DNA of 63,911 bases, the filler included, from Octopus bimaculoides (lineage: Eukaryota), in NCBI RefSeq assembly GCF_001194135.2. It is 9 parts of 7 records of this genome, joined end to end, with 100 filler letters (N's around TTAATTAATTAA, not from the genome) between each part and the next. Parts side by side here need not be neighbours in the genome. Positions count along the whole stretch, not along the records: positions 49,619 to 55,199 come from NC_068982.1; positions 55,300 to 58,045 come from NC_068988.1; positions 58,146 to 61,510 come from NC_068984.1; positions 61,611 to 63,911 come from NC_069004.1; 5 more parts are not named here. One strand, written 5' to 3'. Made by a program: the position numbers and the translations under genes. A model generated the notes under the pieces. It was not told the origin of the DNA and ran no database searches. It saw only the letters and a list, made by a program, of their open reading frames with translations. Shown one piece after another: positions 50,539 through 63,755 of the stretch (position 1 is its first letter; every line of letters begins with the position of its first letter).

Positions 50539-52455
50539 CATTCTGTAAAATATAATAAATACAAAAGATAAAAACCCATAAAATAAGTCGCCTAAAAAAT
50601 ATAAACAACAAAAAAGATGGCGGTTCGTAGAACGGATGAGTGATGGTGGTGGTAGGGGTGGTGATATGGTGTGGGAGGATATCACTGTGTGTATGTATAT
50701 GTATGTCTGTGTGTCTTATCTGGTTTATGCGGTTGTAGCTGTCTCTGTGTCTGTATGTTCGTTTTGTGAGTATGTGTCTGTTTTGTATAGTATTAGTATG
50801 TGTGTGTGTGTGTGCCAGTGGGAAGCGATATATATTTACGTTTGTGCATGTGTATATGTATATATATGTTATATACTAGAGCATGTGTGTGACGTAGTTA
50901 TAGTGCGGTGGCAAGGAAGCGAAGCGTGTGTGTATGTATGAGTCTGTCCGTATATATGCAAATAACTCTCTTTCTCTCTATCTGTCTCTCTTTGTATATC
51001 TGTAGATGACGCTATCTCTCCCTTTATCTGTCTATCTCTTTATGTCTCTCTTTCTCTCTCTCTCATTCTCTCGCTCTATCTCTTTCTCTCTTTCTTTCCA
51101 TCTCTGTTACGTGCGTGTGAAAAGCGATATGTTCGATCCAACCTCTATGTGTGTGTGTGTATATATATATATGTCTGTGTATGTATGTGTGGTTGTGTGT
51201 AAAGCGTTATGTTCGTCGTATCTTTGTGTATATGTGTATGTATACGTGGATATGTGTCTATCTCTATGTGTGTTTATTGTCTGTATGTGTGGCGGCAGAA
51301 AAGCCGAGTGTGTATATATATGTAAACCTACTCCCACTCACACTCTGTCTTTCTCTATATACGTGTATTTTGTGTATGTATATATGTGTATGATTTGTAT
51401 TTTTTCGTGTATGTGGTTGTGCATGTGTTGCGTGCGTGTGAAAAGCGATCTGTTCGTTCGTTCGTTAATGCTACATGTATATGTGTGTGTATACTGTGGG
51501 TGTGTGTTTATGTTGGTCTGTCTTCGTGTGTGTGTCTGTTGGTTCGTGATGTGTGTGAGGAAGTAATGTGTGTGCCGATGTATGTATGGGGCGACATGTG
51601 TAAAGATGTATACATATATATAGAAATAGGATATATGTTAATGTATGTATGTATGTATATTTGTAAGTTCTATGTACGTATGTGCATATGTGGATGTACC
51701 TGTGTCTGTGTTTGCGTGCGTGTGCGGTGGTACAATGGAGTGCGGGAGGCGGGGAAAACATGGTGTGTATGACGGTAGTGGTGGTGGTGGTGGCGGTGGT
51801 GAGTATAGAACGGTGTGATGTGATGTAGGAGGTGCGGAGGTGTGTATGTAGTGTTGTGTGGCGTAGTGAATGTGTGTGGTGCGGTGCGGTACGATGTGTG
51901 GTGTGGTGTGGTGTGGTGTGGTGTGGTTTGGAGCGGTTAGGGGTGTGTGTGGAGTGTTGTGTTGCGTGAAGAAGGGAGGGCGGAGGAGTGGAGGGGATGG
52001 AGGCGGTACATAAGTGTCGGCGAGTTTAGAACGGCGCGCTAGAGGTACGGGGAGGGGAGATGGGAAAAGGTGGCGAGTGCTTGCTGTGTGTACGTGTATG
52101 CGTATGTGTATGTATATGTATGTGTGCGTCTGCGACGACGTGGCTATGTTTGTGTATGTGTATCTGTTCGTGTATGTGTGTAAGCGTATGTCGTGTTCTG
52201 TTTTGTAGGTTTTTCTCTGCTGTGTAAGTGTATGTTTACGGTTTTATGTGTGTGCAAACCGTATCTTCCTTTGTGTCATCAGTGCGTTGTGTGTGTGTAA
52301 GTGTGTGACAGTATGGTTATGTTCTTATGTGTATGTACGTATGTACGCATGTGTTTGTATATATGTAGGTATGCATATATGTATGTTGCTGAATATGTAT
52401 GTAATTAAGTATGTATCTAAGTATGTATATACTGTACGTTTATGTGTACGCGTGT

Positions 52456-52492
<37 letters not shown>

Positions 52493-54469
52493 NNNNNNNN
52501 NNNNNNNNNNNNNNNNNNNNNNNNNNNNNNNNNNNNNNNNNNNNNNNNNNNNNNNNNNNNNNNNNNNNNNNNNNNNNNNNNNNNNNNNNNNNNNNNNNNN
52601 NNNNNNNNNNNNNNNNNNNNNNNNNNNNNNNNNNNNNNNNNNNNNNNNNNNNNNNNNNNNNNNNNNNNNNNNNNNNNNNNNNNNNNNNNNNNNNNNNNNN
52701 NNNNNNNNNNNNNNNNNNNNNNNNNNNNNNNNNNNNNNNNNNNNNNNNNNNNNNNNNNNNNNNNNNNNNNNNNNNNNNNNNNNNNNNNNNNNNNNNNNNN
52801 NNNNNNNNNNNNNNNNNNNNNNNNNNNNNNNNNNNNNNNNNNNNNNNNNNNNNNNNNNNNNNNNNNNNNNNNNNNNNNNNNNNNNNNNNNNNNNNNNNNN
52901 NNNNNNNNNNNNNNNNNNNNNNNNNNNNNNNNNNNNNNNNNNNNNNNNNNNNNNNNNNNNNNNNNNNNNNNNNNNNNNNNNNNNNNNNNNNNNNNNNNNN
53001 NNNNNNNNNNNNNNNNNNNNNNNNNNNNNNNNNNNNNNNNNNNNNNNNNNNNNNNNNNNNNNNNNNNNNNNNNNNNNNNNNNNNNNNNNNNNNNNNNNNN
53101 NNNNNNNNNNNNNNNNNNNNNNNNNNNNNNNNNNTATATATATGCCGTGTCTTTGCACACTTAATGCGTTGCGTGTGTTTTAGGAGTTTTGTAGCTTTGT
53201 GTGTATGTATGTGCATATGTGCGTGTGTGTATGTGCATGTGTGCGTGTACGTGTGTGTGTGTGTACGGAGCGGATCGTGCTGTGAATGTATGTTCAGTAT
53301 GTGTTTATGTATGTTGGTTGTCTAGCGACTCGTAGTGCGTGCGTGTGTGTGTGAGGTGCTTGGTGCTGTGTGCTGTGCATGATATGCTGTCGCTATCGTG
53401 TGTGTGTGTGTGGTACTTGATGCTGTGAGCTGTGCGTGATGCGCTGTCGCTAACGTGTGTGTGTGGGTGTAGGTGTGCATTTCTGTGTGTGAGTGTGCGT
53501 TCGCTGTATTATTCTATTTTTACAATTCGTTTGTGTTCGCGCGTGCGTTGCATGTGTGTGTATGCATGCAATTGAAGTGTGCATGTATGTGCTTTAGTAT
53601 GCTTACGCGCGCCTGTACGCTATGTGGCTGCGGTTTCGTTGTACGTGTGCGTGTGATCTTAAATGTGTGAATGCCATACTGTCGCACGTATGCTTATATG
53701 TATGTATGATTGTAGGTATGTATGAATGTATGTATGTTTGTATGTATGTTTGCATGTATGTATGTATGGGTGGGTGGGTTGAGTGAGGGTGGGTATCTAT
53801 GTATATGTGTTAAAGAGGAGAGCCATAGNNNNNNNNNNNNNNNNNNNNNNNNNNNNNNNNNNNNNNNNNNNNNNNNNNNNNNNNNNNNNNNNNNNNNNNN
53901 NNNNNNNNNNNNNNNNNNNNNNNNNNNNNNNNNNNNNNNNNNNNNNNNNNNNNNNNNNNNNNNNNNNNNNNNNNNNNNNNNNNNNNNNNNNNNNNNNNNN
54001 NNNNNNNNNNNNNNNNNNNNNNNNNNNNNNNNNNNNNNNNNNNNNNNNNNNNNNNNNNNNNNNNNNNNNNNNNNNNNNNNNNNNNNNNNNNNNNNNNNNN
54101 NNNNNNNNNNNNNNNNNNNNNNNNNNNNNNNNNNNNNNNNNNNNNNNNNNNNNNNNNNNNNNNNNNNNNNNNNNNNNNNNNNNNNNNNNNNNNNNNNNNN
54201 NNNNNNNNNNNNNNNNNNNNNNNNNNNNNNNNNNNNNNNCAATACGCAAGGGAGATAATTTCAATAAGATCAGGCATATGAAATGTTTTGAGATTTAAAC
54301 ACAGATTGGCATGGAGATGATGTCTTTAGAGCCAGGTGGTGAAAGTATTGGACGTTCACATCTCTCTCACCCTCTTCGTCTTTCCCTCTTTCTATTCCCT
54401 CCCCTACCTCCCTCACTTTTTCCCCTCTGTCTATGTATATATATACATATATATATTGTCGGCATACAC

Positions 54470-55198
54470 CACTCCGCTCTCACTACCTCCATCCACTACA
54501 AACACACTGACTCACACTCCTACCTTAACTTCTCCTCCTCTCACTCAATTCGCACCAGGCCCTCCGCCGCCACTCCCAATTCCTCCGTTTGCGCAGGCTC
54601 TGCAGTGACGACCATGATTTTGAGACACAATCTCAACTCATATCTCGCCACTTCATCGTTTATGGATATCTCCTCGCCACTATCCATACTGCCCTTGCCA
54701 GGGCATGTTCTATGGACCGTGCCTCTGCTCTTTCTCCCCGCACCTGTCCCGCTCCGCTGTTGCTCGTCTCCCGATTCCCCTCACCTAACACCCTTCCACC
54801 TTATCCCTTCAACGCACCATTCTCCGAGCTTTCCAGCAACTCCAGTTCGACCCCTCCACCTTGCACATCTTCCCCAACCTACCTCTTCCCGCCTTCAAAC
54901 GAATCCATAACCAGCGTAACCTGGTTCACAGTTTCTTCCGTAACTCCACCTCTCGGCCTGGATTGTTCCCCTACTCCCGCCCACGCTGCCATACTTGTCC
55001 TTACCTCTCCAACACCACCATCCTTACAGACACCCATAATCGTCCCTGTCACATCACCGATTCCTTTACCTGCACTTCTAGTAACGTCATTTACTGCATC
55101 TCCTGCTCTTTCTGCCCTTCCCTGTACATCGGTAAAACGAGACATCGCTTGGCTGACCAGTTCGCGGAGCACCTCCGAGGCATCAAACTCGGCAATGA
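54470..55198 (+). mobile_element. Penelope-like retroelement, RT thumb plus GIY-YIG endonuclease, frameshifted and 5'-truncated
   Basis: YKHTDSHSYL, LRLRRLCSDDHDF, RCHTCPY, FTCTSSNVIYCISCSFCPSLYIGKTRHRLADQFAEH. Runs into a gap. Confidence 0.92.
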
Positions 55199-55326
55199 CN
55201 NNNNNNNNNNNNNNNNNNNNNNNNNNNNNNNNNNNNNNNNNNNTTAATTAATTAANNNNNNNNNNNNNNNNNNNNNNNNNNNNNNNNNNNNNNNNNNNNA
55301 TATATATATATATATATATGCATATG

Positions 55327-55409
<83 letters not shown>

Positions 55410-55494
55410 CACACGCACCCACGTACACCTTATGTGTGAGTGTGTGTAAGTATGAGTATGTGTAGTGGTGGATGAGTGTGTGTCTGTGAATATT

Positions 55495-55525
<31 letters not shown>

Positions 55526-55642
55526 TCACGTGCCTGTGTTTACCGTATTACTGGAAATCTGTTACTACTTTGCTTAACTCCTCTGACGTAAGACAACGCA
55601 TATAAATCGTTGAAGCAGAAAAAACAAACAGCAGATATTCAC

Positions 55643-55674
55643 CTTCCTCGTATTTGACTGAACTTTGCTCATAT
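55643..55674 (-). CDS. Candidate exon with a possible start (MSKVQSNTRK), phase 0 end
   Basis: Acceptor gttttatctataAG, donor AAG|gtgaat. In phase with exon 46801-46936. Confidence 0.28.
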
Positions 55675-56205
55675 CTTATAGATAAAACATAATACAATTC
55701 TCTTTGCCAGAGAAGTTTCGTGGTGTGTGAACTTCAGTGGAAAGTATTTGTCTGATACTAAACCAGACTTTATGAGTGAGGCAGTATCTCGTATGCTTGT
55801 TTGCATATAGCTATCTGTCAACGTCTATCTGTGTTTCTTAATGTTTATATATTTGTGCGTGACACTTTACTCGTTTTGATTTCTTGTCATTTGTCATTTG
55901 TGGGAAAGAATGCGTTTGTATGAACTTCCGGTTTTTGGTATAAAATTTTAGCGTGTGTGCGTGAGTGATTCAGTGTATTGCTATGTGTGTGTGTGTGTGT
56001 GCGTGTGTCAGTATTTGTGTACGTGTGTCTGCGATACTATGTACGTGTACCCACACGCAAACACACACAAACATACACACACACACACAAACACACATAC
56101 ACAAATATATACGTGCTTTACTTTTGTGTATTTTGTGTCAGTTTTGCGTGTAAGTCCAAATGTGTATGTGTATATTTGTAAATGTTTGTGTGTGTGTGTG
56201 TATAC

Positions 56206-56260
<55 letters not shown>

Positions 56261-57118
56261 NNNNNNNNNNNNNNNNNNNNNNNNNNNNNNNNNNNNNNNN
56301 NNNNNNNNNNNNNNNNNNNNNNNNNNNNNNNNNNNNNNNNNNNNNNNNNNNNNNNNNNNNNNNNNNNNNNNNNNNNNNNNNNNNNNNNNNNNNNNNNNNN
56401 NNNNNNNNNNNNNNNNNNNNNNNNNNNNNNNNNNNNNNNNNNNNNNNNNNNNNNNNNNNNNNNNNNNNNNNNNNNNNNNNNNNNNNNNNNNNNNNNNNNN
56501 NNNNNNNNNNNNNNNNNNNNNNNNNNNNNNNNNNNNNNNNNNNNNNNNNNNNNNNNNNNNNNNNNNNNNNNNNNNNNNNNNNNNNNNNNNNNNNNNNNNN
56601 NNNNNNNNNNNNNNNNNNNNNNNNNNNNNNNNNNNNNNNNNNNNNNNNNNNNNNNNNNNNNNNNNNNNNNNNNNNNNNNNNNNNNNNNNNNNNNNNNNNN
56701 NNNNNNNNNNNNNNNNNNNNNNNNNNNNNNNNNNNNNNNNNNNNNNNNNNNNNNNNNNNNNNNNNNNNNNNNNNNNNNNNNNNNNNNNNNNNNNNNNNNN
56801 NNNNNNNNNNNNNNNNNNNNNNNNNNNNNNNNNNNNNNNNNNNNNNNNNNNNNNNNNNNNNNNNNNNNNNNNNNNNNNNNNNNNNNNNNNNNNNNNNNNN
56901 NNNNNNNNNNNNNNNNNNNNNNNNNNNNNNNNNNNNNNNNNNNNNNNNNNNNNNNNNNNNNNNNNNNNNNNNNNNNNNNNNNNNNNNNNNNNNNNNNNNN
57001 NNNNNNNNNNNNNNNNNNNNNNNNNNNNNNNNNNNNNNNNNNNNNNNNNNNNNNNNNNNNNNNNNNNNNNNNNNNNNNNNNNNNNNNNNNNNNNNNNNNN
57101 NNNNNNNNNNNNNNNNNN

Positions 57119-57232
57119 AAAGCTGTGGTTGGCCCGAGGCTATAGTAGATGGCACTTGCCCAAGGTGCCACACAGTGAGACTGTGGTTGGGAAGCTAGAT
57201 ACTTACCACACAGCCACTCCTGCGCCTACATA
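57119..57232 (-). mobile_element. Family B SINE, 5' part
   Basis: ggcccgaggctatagtaga...cacttgcccaaggtgcc...cacagccactcctgcgccta. Confidence 0.85.
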
Positions 57233-57342
57233 TATATAAGTGAAAATGTAGGTAATGTTTGCGTTTTTAGACTTTAGAGTGGCATTAGAAAATGACTATT
57301 TTTAAATCTCACAACATGAGATATTCAGCAACAGTACATTGT

Positions 57343-57608
57343 AGTAAAGATTGTTTGCCAACATAACATGGCAGTCCTGATTTAGGTCGAATGTTGCTAT
57401 AATTTAGCTCCAGGCTGATGAATAAAAATAACCCGATACACAGATATTGTCTTGTGCTGAGTTGGGGTGCTAGATTCCATTGTTCGAAAATATAAGGACA
57501 CAGATCGCGTCGTATAGCCAGCTGGCGACGATGTCTCCTGGGGCTAAATTACAGCAACATTCGTCCTAAACCAGGACTGTCATGTTATGTTGGCAAACAA
57601 TCTTTACT
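57343..57608. mobile_element. MITE with ~72-bp terminal inverted repeats
   Basis: AGTAAAGATTGTTTGCCAACATAACATG...TTTAGCTCCAGG and its reverse complement, about 5 mismatches. No clear TSD. Confidence 0.8.
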
Positions 57609-57836
57609 TTAGAGTGGCACTTCGTCAGACGGTGCGCCCTAACATTGTGTGTGTTCCAGACATTGTTTCTTTGCTTATATCGGGATATGCTTATACGTTA
57701 AAACCAGCCAGGGTGCAGGAGAATCGGGTATTTAAACAGTAAAGCACTAAGGTCAGGTCAGTGATAGTGTTATCGTGTACAAACATTATTTAAGGACAAA
57801 GACGTGCTTACAGATTTGTACTCCGGTTGTGCTTAC

Positions 57837-57911
57837 CCTCACAACTCGCTGCCTAAACATACGACGGATACAATTGCGTACACTCAGTGCACCACACTTC
57901 ATAGAATTCAT
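57837..57911 (-). CDS. Candidate upstream exon or uORF (MNSMKCGALSVRNCIRRMFRQRVVR)
   Basis: CpG-containing, strong donor AGG|gtaagc, phase 0. Confidence 0.25.
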
Positions 57912-58734
57912 TTTATACCTTTTTCATTTTTATTATATATCTTATGATAGTTCTTATTGTGTTTTATTTTACAGTATACTAGTATGTTTGGTTTTATTGT
58001 GTCGCATTACTAATCCCTTATGCTTAGGTATATATATATATATATNNNNNNNNNNNNNNNNNNNNNNNNNNNNNNNNNNNNNNNNNNNNTTAATTAATTA
58101 ANNNNNNNNNNNNNNNNNNNNNNNNNNNNNNNNNNNNNNNNNNNNATATACGTACCACTCTGTGTGTGGCCAAGCTGAATGGTGACAGCAATGTTGTTGT
58201 AATGGTCTATCGTCTGCAAAAGGCACATACACCTTGTCCTCTTCAGCCATTTTAGATTCATATTAATGTGTTTGTGTATGTCTGTATGCTCCCAGTAGCG
58301 TGTAAATATATATGTGTGTGTATGTATGCGTGTGTGTGTGTCTGTGTGTCTGTGTCTGTGTGTCATTGTGTGAGTGCGGAGGTATGGTTTGCGTGAGAAT
58401 GTATGTTAATAACCTGGGTTTTGGCGCAAGTTAGACTACTCTGGTTATCTCTGTTACCGGCGCTGAAGTTTGGTAGAAGATTGGCAAATAGCTATGTGTA
58501 TATATATGTATATATGTACGTATGAACATATACATACATATGTACGTGCGTGTACCTCTGTGTGTATATATGTGTGTGCGTGCGTGCGTGTATCTATGAG
58601 TGTCTATAAGAATGCGTGTACATTATGTGTTTCAGGTGTATTGAGAATCGTGGATATGTAGGTGTGCTAGTATGCATGTTTGAACGAATAAACATGTATT
58701 TTATATATACCTGTTTGTACACCTCCAAGGAAAC

Positions 58735-58786
<52 letters not shown>

Positions 58787-59339
58787 TTATTAAAATCGCA
58801 AAACAGCTTCACAATGTGTTACTCATTTTCATATAATTCTTCATCAGACAGTTGTGATAATAAAGACCTGTGTGTATATATGTAGCTGTGTGTGTATTCG
58901 TGTGTATGCGTGTGTGTGTGTGAGTGTGTGTGTGCGTGTGTGTATGTGTGTGTGTATGTGTGTGTGCGCGCGCGTGTGTGTGTGTGTATGTGTGCAAGCG
59001 TGTGTGTTTCTCTGTATGCGTATGGTTATCCCACACTGCCACTCGTTAACCGACATATGTGTGTTTACCTCCCCCGTAACATTAGCAGTTCGGCAAAAGT
59101 GACCGATAGAGTACGTACCAGCTTTAGAAAACCAAGTACTGTGGGTCGAGCACATTAAATGAAGATTTATGTTTCTTTTTCTTTCAATTATTAAAACGGA
59201 TTCATTTTTATGTACTTTCGTAAAATATTAACGTTTTAACAGCAATAAATGGGTGGCTCGGGTACAGTGGGTATAAGGCATGCAAGAGCACCCACTGATA
59301 TTTGGGGCGGGGTCAAAGAAAACGCTTTGAAAATCTTCC

Positions 59340-59501
59340 TGTAAATCTTCATCCCCAAGGTCGACTTTACCTCTCATCCTTTGGAGCCGATAAAATAAGT
59401 ACCAGTTGGACATTGGGGTCGATATCAAAGACTTATCCCCTGTCCAGAAGTTGCTGGCCTTGCGCCAAATTTTGATATTATTATTATTATTATTATTATT
59501 A

Positions 59502-59536
<35 letters not shown>

Positions 59537-59990
59537 GAGTGAGAGAGCAGTGAATGCCATCAAAGTGACACTGAGGCACAATTATACGAAGCCCTGTATA
59601 CCCATCAAGACTACCTGTCTGATAAGGGTACATCAGGCACATGCATCACAACCATATGTACACGATAGGGTGATCTCATATCAAGATAAACAACGCATGA
59701 CCTTGCAGGTGGGACCCAGTTAGAATTTTCTTTAGATCGAGCAGCTCATCCCGCTCAAAAGCTCCCTGAATAAGGGTTGTTTAAGGATGCTGTCGAAACA
59801 TCCATGTTTCCAAAGGTGAATTATCCAAACTCCAAAGAATTCCTCTCAACACATGGCTATGATGCTCCCCCACTACTTCTGCTCGTGATCAGAGATGCAC
59901 ATATCGTCAGCCACCAAGGGACATGCTCAACAGGTTACGGTCAAACAACTAACAAGTGGTGCCCCAGCATGGCCGCACTCTAACGGCTGA
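59340..59990 (+). mobile_element. Partial family A SINE, (ATT)n tail, then a ~450-bp presumed interspersed repeat ending in a family B-like 3' module
   Basis: aggtcgactttacc...ggggtcgata at 59358-59425; ccccagcatggccgcactc..gctgaaa at about 59965-59990. Confidence 0.6.
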
Positions 59991-60340
59991 AATAGTAATG
60001 GATAAAAGTGAAAAGATAAAATGTACATTCATAATTCTTCAAAGTTCATCATCTGGAGCACTAGAATGGTTGTCATCATCAGCAGCAGCAGCAATTTAGG
60101 ACTTTCTCAACGAAGCAATCATGGTCAGTCAGCATCATCCTCATCCCCATCGTCATCATCGTCATTGCTATCAGCCTCCACTTCACTAAATATCGCTTTG
60201 TAGGAAACAAGTCTCTGCTCTTATCCAATATATTTAATATAATCTCTCGTCCATAACTTTGTTTGTACGCTCATCCATTCACATTATACACTCAGCTGTA
60301 TAATGTGAATAAATAAACATACATACATAAACACACACAT

Positions 60341-60385
<45 letters not shown>

Positions 60386-60926
60386 NNNNNNNNNNNNNNN
60401 NNNNNNNNNNNNNNNNNNNNNNNNNNNNNNNNNNNNNNNNNNNNNNNNNNNNNNNNNNNNNNNNNNNNNNNNNNNNNNNNNNNNNNNNNNNNNNNNNNNN
60501 NNNNNNNNNNNNNNNNNNNNNNNNNNNNNNNNNNNNNNNNNNNNNNNNNNNNNNNNNNNNNNNNNNNNNNNNNNNNNNNNNNNNNNNNNNNNNNNNNNNN
60601 NNNNNNNNNNNNNNNNNNNNNNNNNNNNNNNNNNNNNNNNNNNNNNNNNNNNNNNNNNNNNNNNNNNNNNNNNNNNNNNNNNNNNNNNNNNNNNNNNNNN
60701 NNNNNNNNNNNNNNNNNNNNNNNNNNNNNNNNNNNNNNNNNNNNNNNNNNNNNNNNNNNNNNNNNNNNNNNNNNNNNNNNNNNNNNNNNNNNNNNNNNNN
60801 NNNNNNNNNNNNNNNNNNNNNNNNNNNNNNNNNNNNNNNNNNNNNNNNNNNNNNNNNNNNNNNNNNNNNNNNNNNNNNNNNNNNNNNNNNNNNNNNNNNN
60901 NNNNNNNNNNNNNNNNNNNNNNNNNN

Positions 60927-60980
<54 letters not shown>

Positions 60981-61080
60981 TGGTATAAAGGCAAACTCGA
61001 AACTTTCACATTAAACATACTCACACACATCCACATACCCACGCACACAAGATCTAACTATATGTATCCATATGCCTATG

Positions 61081-61130
<50 letters not shown>

Positions 61131-61220
61131 CATATGTTTCAGAATATGTAGACAATACATACCTACATGCATATATACATATACACATATATATAAATAG
61201 ATAGATAGATAGATAGAGAC

Positions 61221-61293
<73 letters not shown>

Positions 61294-61400
61294 TGTGTAT
61301 ACATATACACTGTATATATGTATGCATATACAAGTTCATGTATATAAAAGTACAACATATGTATATATTCATATATATATAAGATAAAAATAAACATAGA

Positions 61401-61447
<47 letters not shown>

Positions 61448-61882
61448 TATATAACATATATTTTCGAAATGTATATTCGCATATGTATGTGTGTGAATAT
61501 ATATATATATNNNNNNNNNNNNNNNNNNNNNNNNNNNNNNNNNNNNNNNNNNNNTTAATTAATTAANNNNNNNNNNNNNNNNNNNNNNNNNNNNNNNNNN
61601 NNNNNNNNNNTATAAACTATAAAGATTAATTATTAATCAAATATTATTAATCAAAAATAATCGAAAATATATCAACACTATTCAAATCGAAGTTCTAATA
61701 TTATGTTGAAATGAAACTATAACTTCTAAATAACTTAGTGTTAAATAAGTTAACTATTAAAAATAATCTATAAAGAACCAAATGAATAATACATATTATT
61801 TTCAAATAGTAGAAAATCTTTAGCAAAGTAAAAAACAGTACTTATCCAAATTTTTCCGTAATTCATATATATATATATATAT

Positions 61883-62969
61883 AAATTCTATAATTATAAG
61901 CATAATTATAATTAGGGTTCAGCAAATTGCTTCACCATATACCGAAATTTATAAATAGCAGTTAAATACTACTCCTCTACCATAAGATATCTCCCAGACA
62001 GCAATACTCTTAATTTACGTAGGTAAAGAGAAAAAATAATGAATCCACCCAGCTTTGATCAACCACATATGCGTTTCTGGATTAAAGAGATGTAAAATTT
62101 TAATTTTTACACACTTATTTCCTTCTTCAGTGTAGTATTTCAATTGTAAATTTGAGAGTACTAATAATTAAATACGCATTCGACCAAGCGACATCGAATA
62201 ACTAATATCCAAAAACCAGCACTTCCGAATTTATACAGACAAGTGAGAACTCACATTCTTCCCCAATCACCCACGTGTGTTACGAGTAATCCCGCAGAAA
62301 CTGCGGTTTACTATCAGGGAGTGAATTATATTTTCAATAATAATAAAGGGTAAAATTAATTAATTAATTAATAATTTTACCAAGTACTTCAGTATGTTAA
62401 AATAACCTTTATCGATAAACTTATACAAAAATCCCCTACAAGCTTTAGCTTGTGCAGACTTTAAAGCCAGTTGACAAACAAAAGTGTAAAATATTCAGTG
62501 AAGATATGCAAGAGAAACTTGAAGATGACAACTTTGAAAACTGTCTTGCTTTCAGTGACAAGGCCACATTCCATATAAATGGCAAAGTGGACAAAATGCT
62601 CACATATGGGGGTGAAGAAAATCCACATGACACAATTGAACATGAAAGGGACTCACCCAAAGTGAATGTGTTCTGTGCCATCACAAAGAACGACGATAAC
62701 TTTGGAACATTATAAAATTATCATCTCACAGAATTTTTTGTTGGAAATTTTTTGTCTGGGAGATATCTTATGGTAGAGGAATAGTATGTAACTGCTATTT
62801 CTAAATTTCAGTATGTGGTGAAGCAATTTGCTGAACCCTAAATATAATTATGCTTATAATTATAGAATTTTTGTATAAGGTTACCGATAAAGGTTATTTT
62901 AACATACCGAACAACTTGGTAAAATTATTAATTATTAATTAATTAATTAATTTTACCCTTTATTATTAT
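61883..62969 (+). mobile_element. Rearranged Tc1/mariner-superfamily element with long inverted repeats and a transposase fragment (62452-62700)
   Basis: FSDKATFHINGKV...ENPHDTIEHERDSPKVNVFCAI. Inverted pairs 61883-62000/62753-62870 and 62337-62432/62869-62969. Confidence 0.8.
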
Positions 62970-63134
62970 CATCATCATCATCATCATCGTTTAACGTCCG
63001 CCTTCCATGCTAGCATGGGTTGGACGATTTGACTGAGGACTGGTGAAACCGGATGGCAACACCAGGCTCCAATCTAATTTGGCAGAGTTTCTACAGCTGG
63101 ATGCCCTTCCTAACGCCAACCACTCAGAGAGTGT
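62969..63134 (-). mobile_element. Family C retroposon 3' end
   Basis: Near-identical to 47145-47300; (GAT)n tail. Confidence 0.85.
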
Positions 63135-63514
63135 ATTATATATATATATATATATATATATTGGAAGGTTTGGAGGTGATGTACAGGAATTATATTATAG
63201 AAAAAAATTAAGGTTTCAAAGATCTGGATGGTTGTACATTTACAGATTTTTATTAATATGTCACATGTTTTATAAATCATATAAAGCGCTTTTCACCTAA
63301 TCACATAGGATTTTCAAATTTTTTATTTCACCTTGCGATGCCATCTCTTTATATAGTTTTATTGAGTGTGTAGGAGTGGAGAGAGAGATATATAGGATAG
63401 TAAGAGAGGATGAAGAATGGAGGGAAAAGTGAGAGAGAGAGAGTGTGTGTGTGTTTTTGTGTGTGAGTGTGTGTGTTTTGTGTTGGTGTGTGTGTCTGTG
63501 CGTGCGTGTGTGTG

Positions 63515-63724
63515 TGTCGATGGGAAAGAGAAAAGAAGAAAATTGTGTTTATAGCTTGTCAGTTCTTTCAATATGTTTATTCTTGGCCTTTTAAAGAAAT
63601 GGCAAAACCAGGTGGCATTGTTTTGAAGAAAGTTGTTTTTCAAAAAGAATCTTTGGTGTCATTGTCCAGTAGGAGAGTGTGTGGGTGCGTTTGTGTGTGT
63701 GTGTGTGTATGTGTGCGTATGTGT

Positions 63725-63755
<31 letters not shown>

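Noticed and set aside
50598-50645. AAGATGGCGG YY1/Kozak-like motif (similar at ~28547)
   Set aside because: Isolated, the ORF closes after 8 codons, and there are no accompanying promoter motifs.
55711-55790. Plus-strand exon candidate EVSWCVNFSGKYLSDTKPDFMSEAVS
   Set aside because: The opposite strand is equally open with splice-like ends, and no partner exons were found, so it cannot be distinguished from chance.
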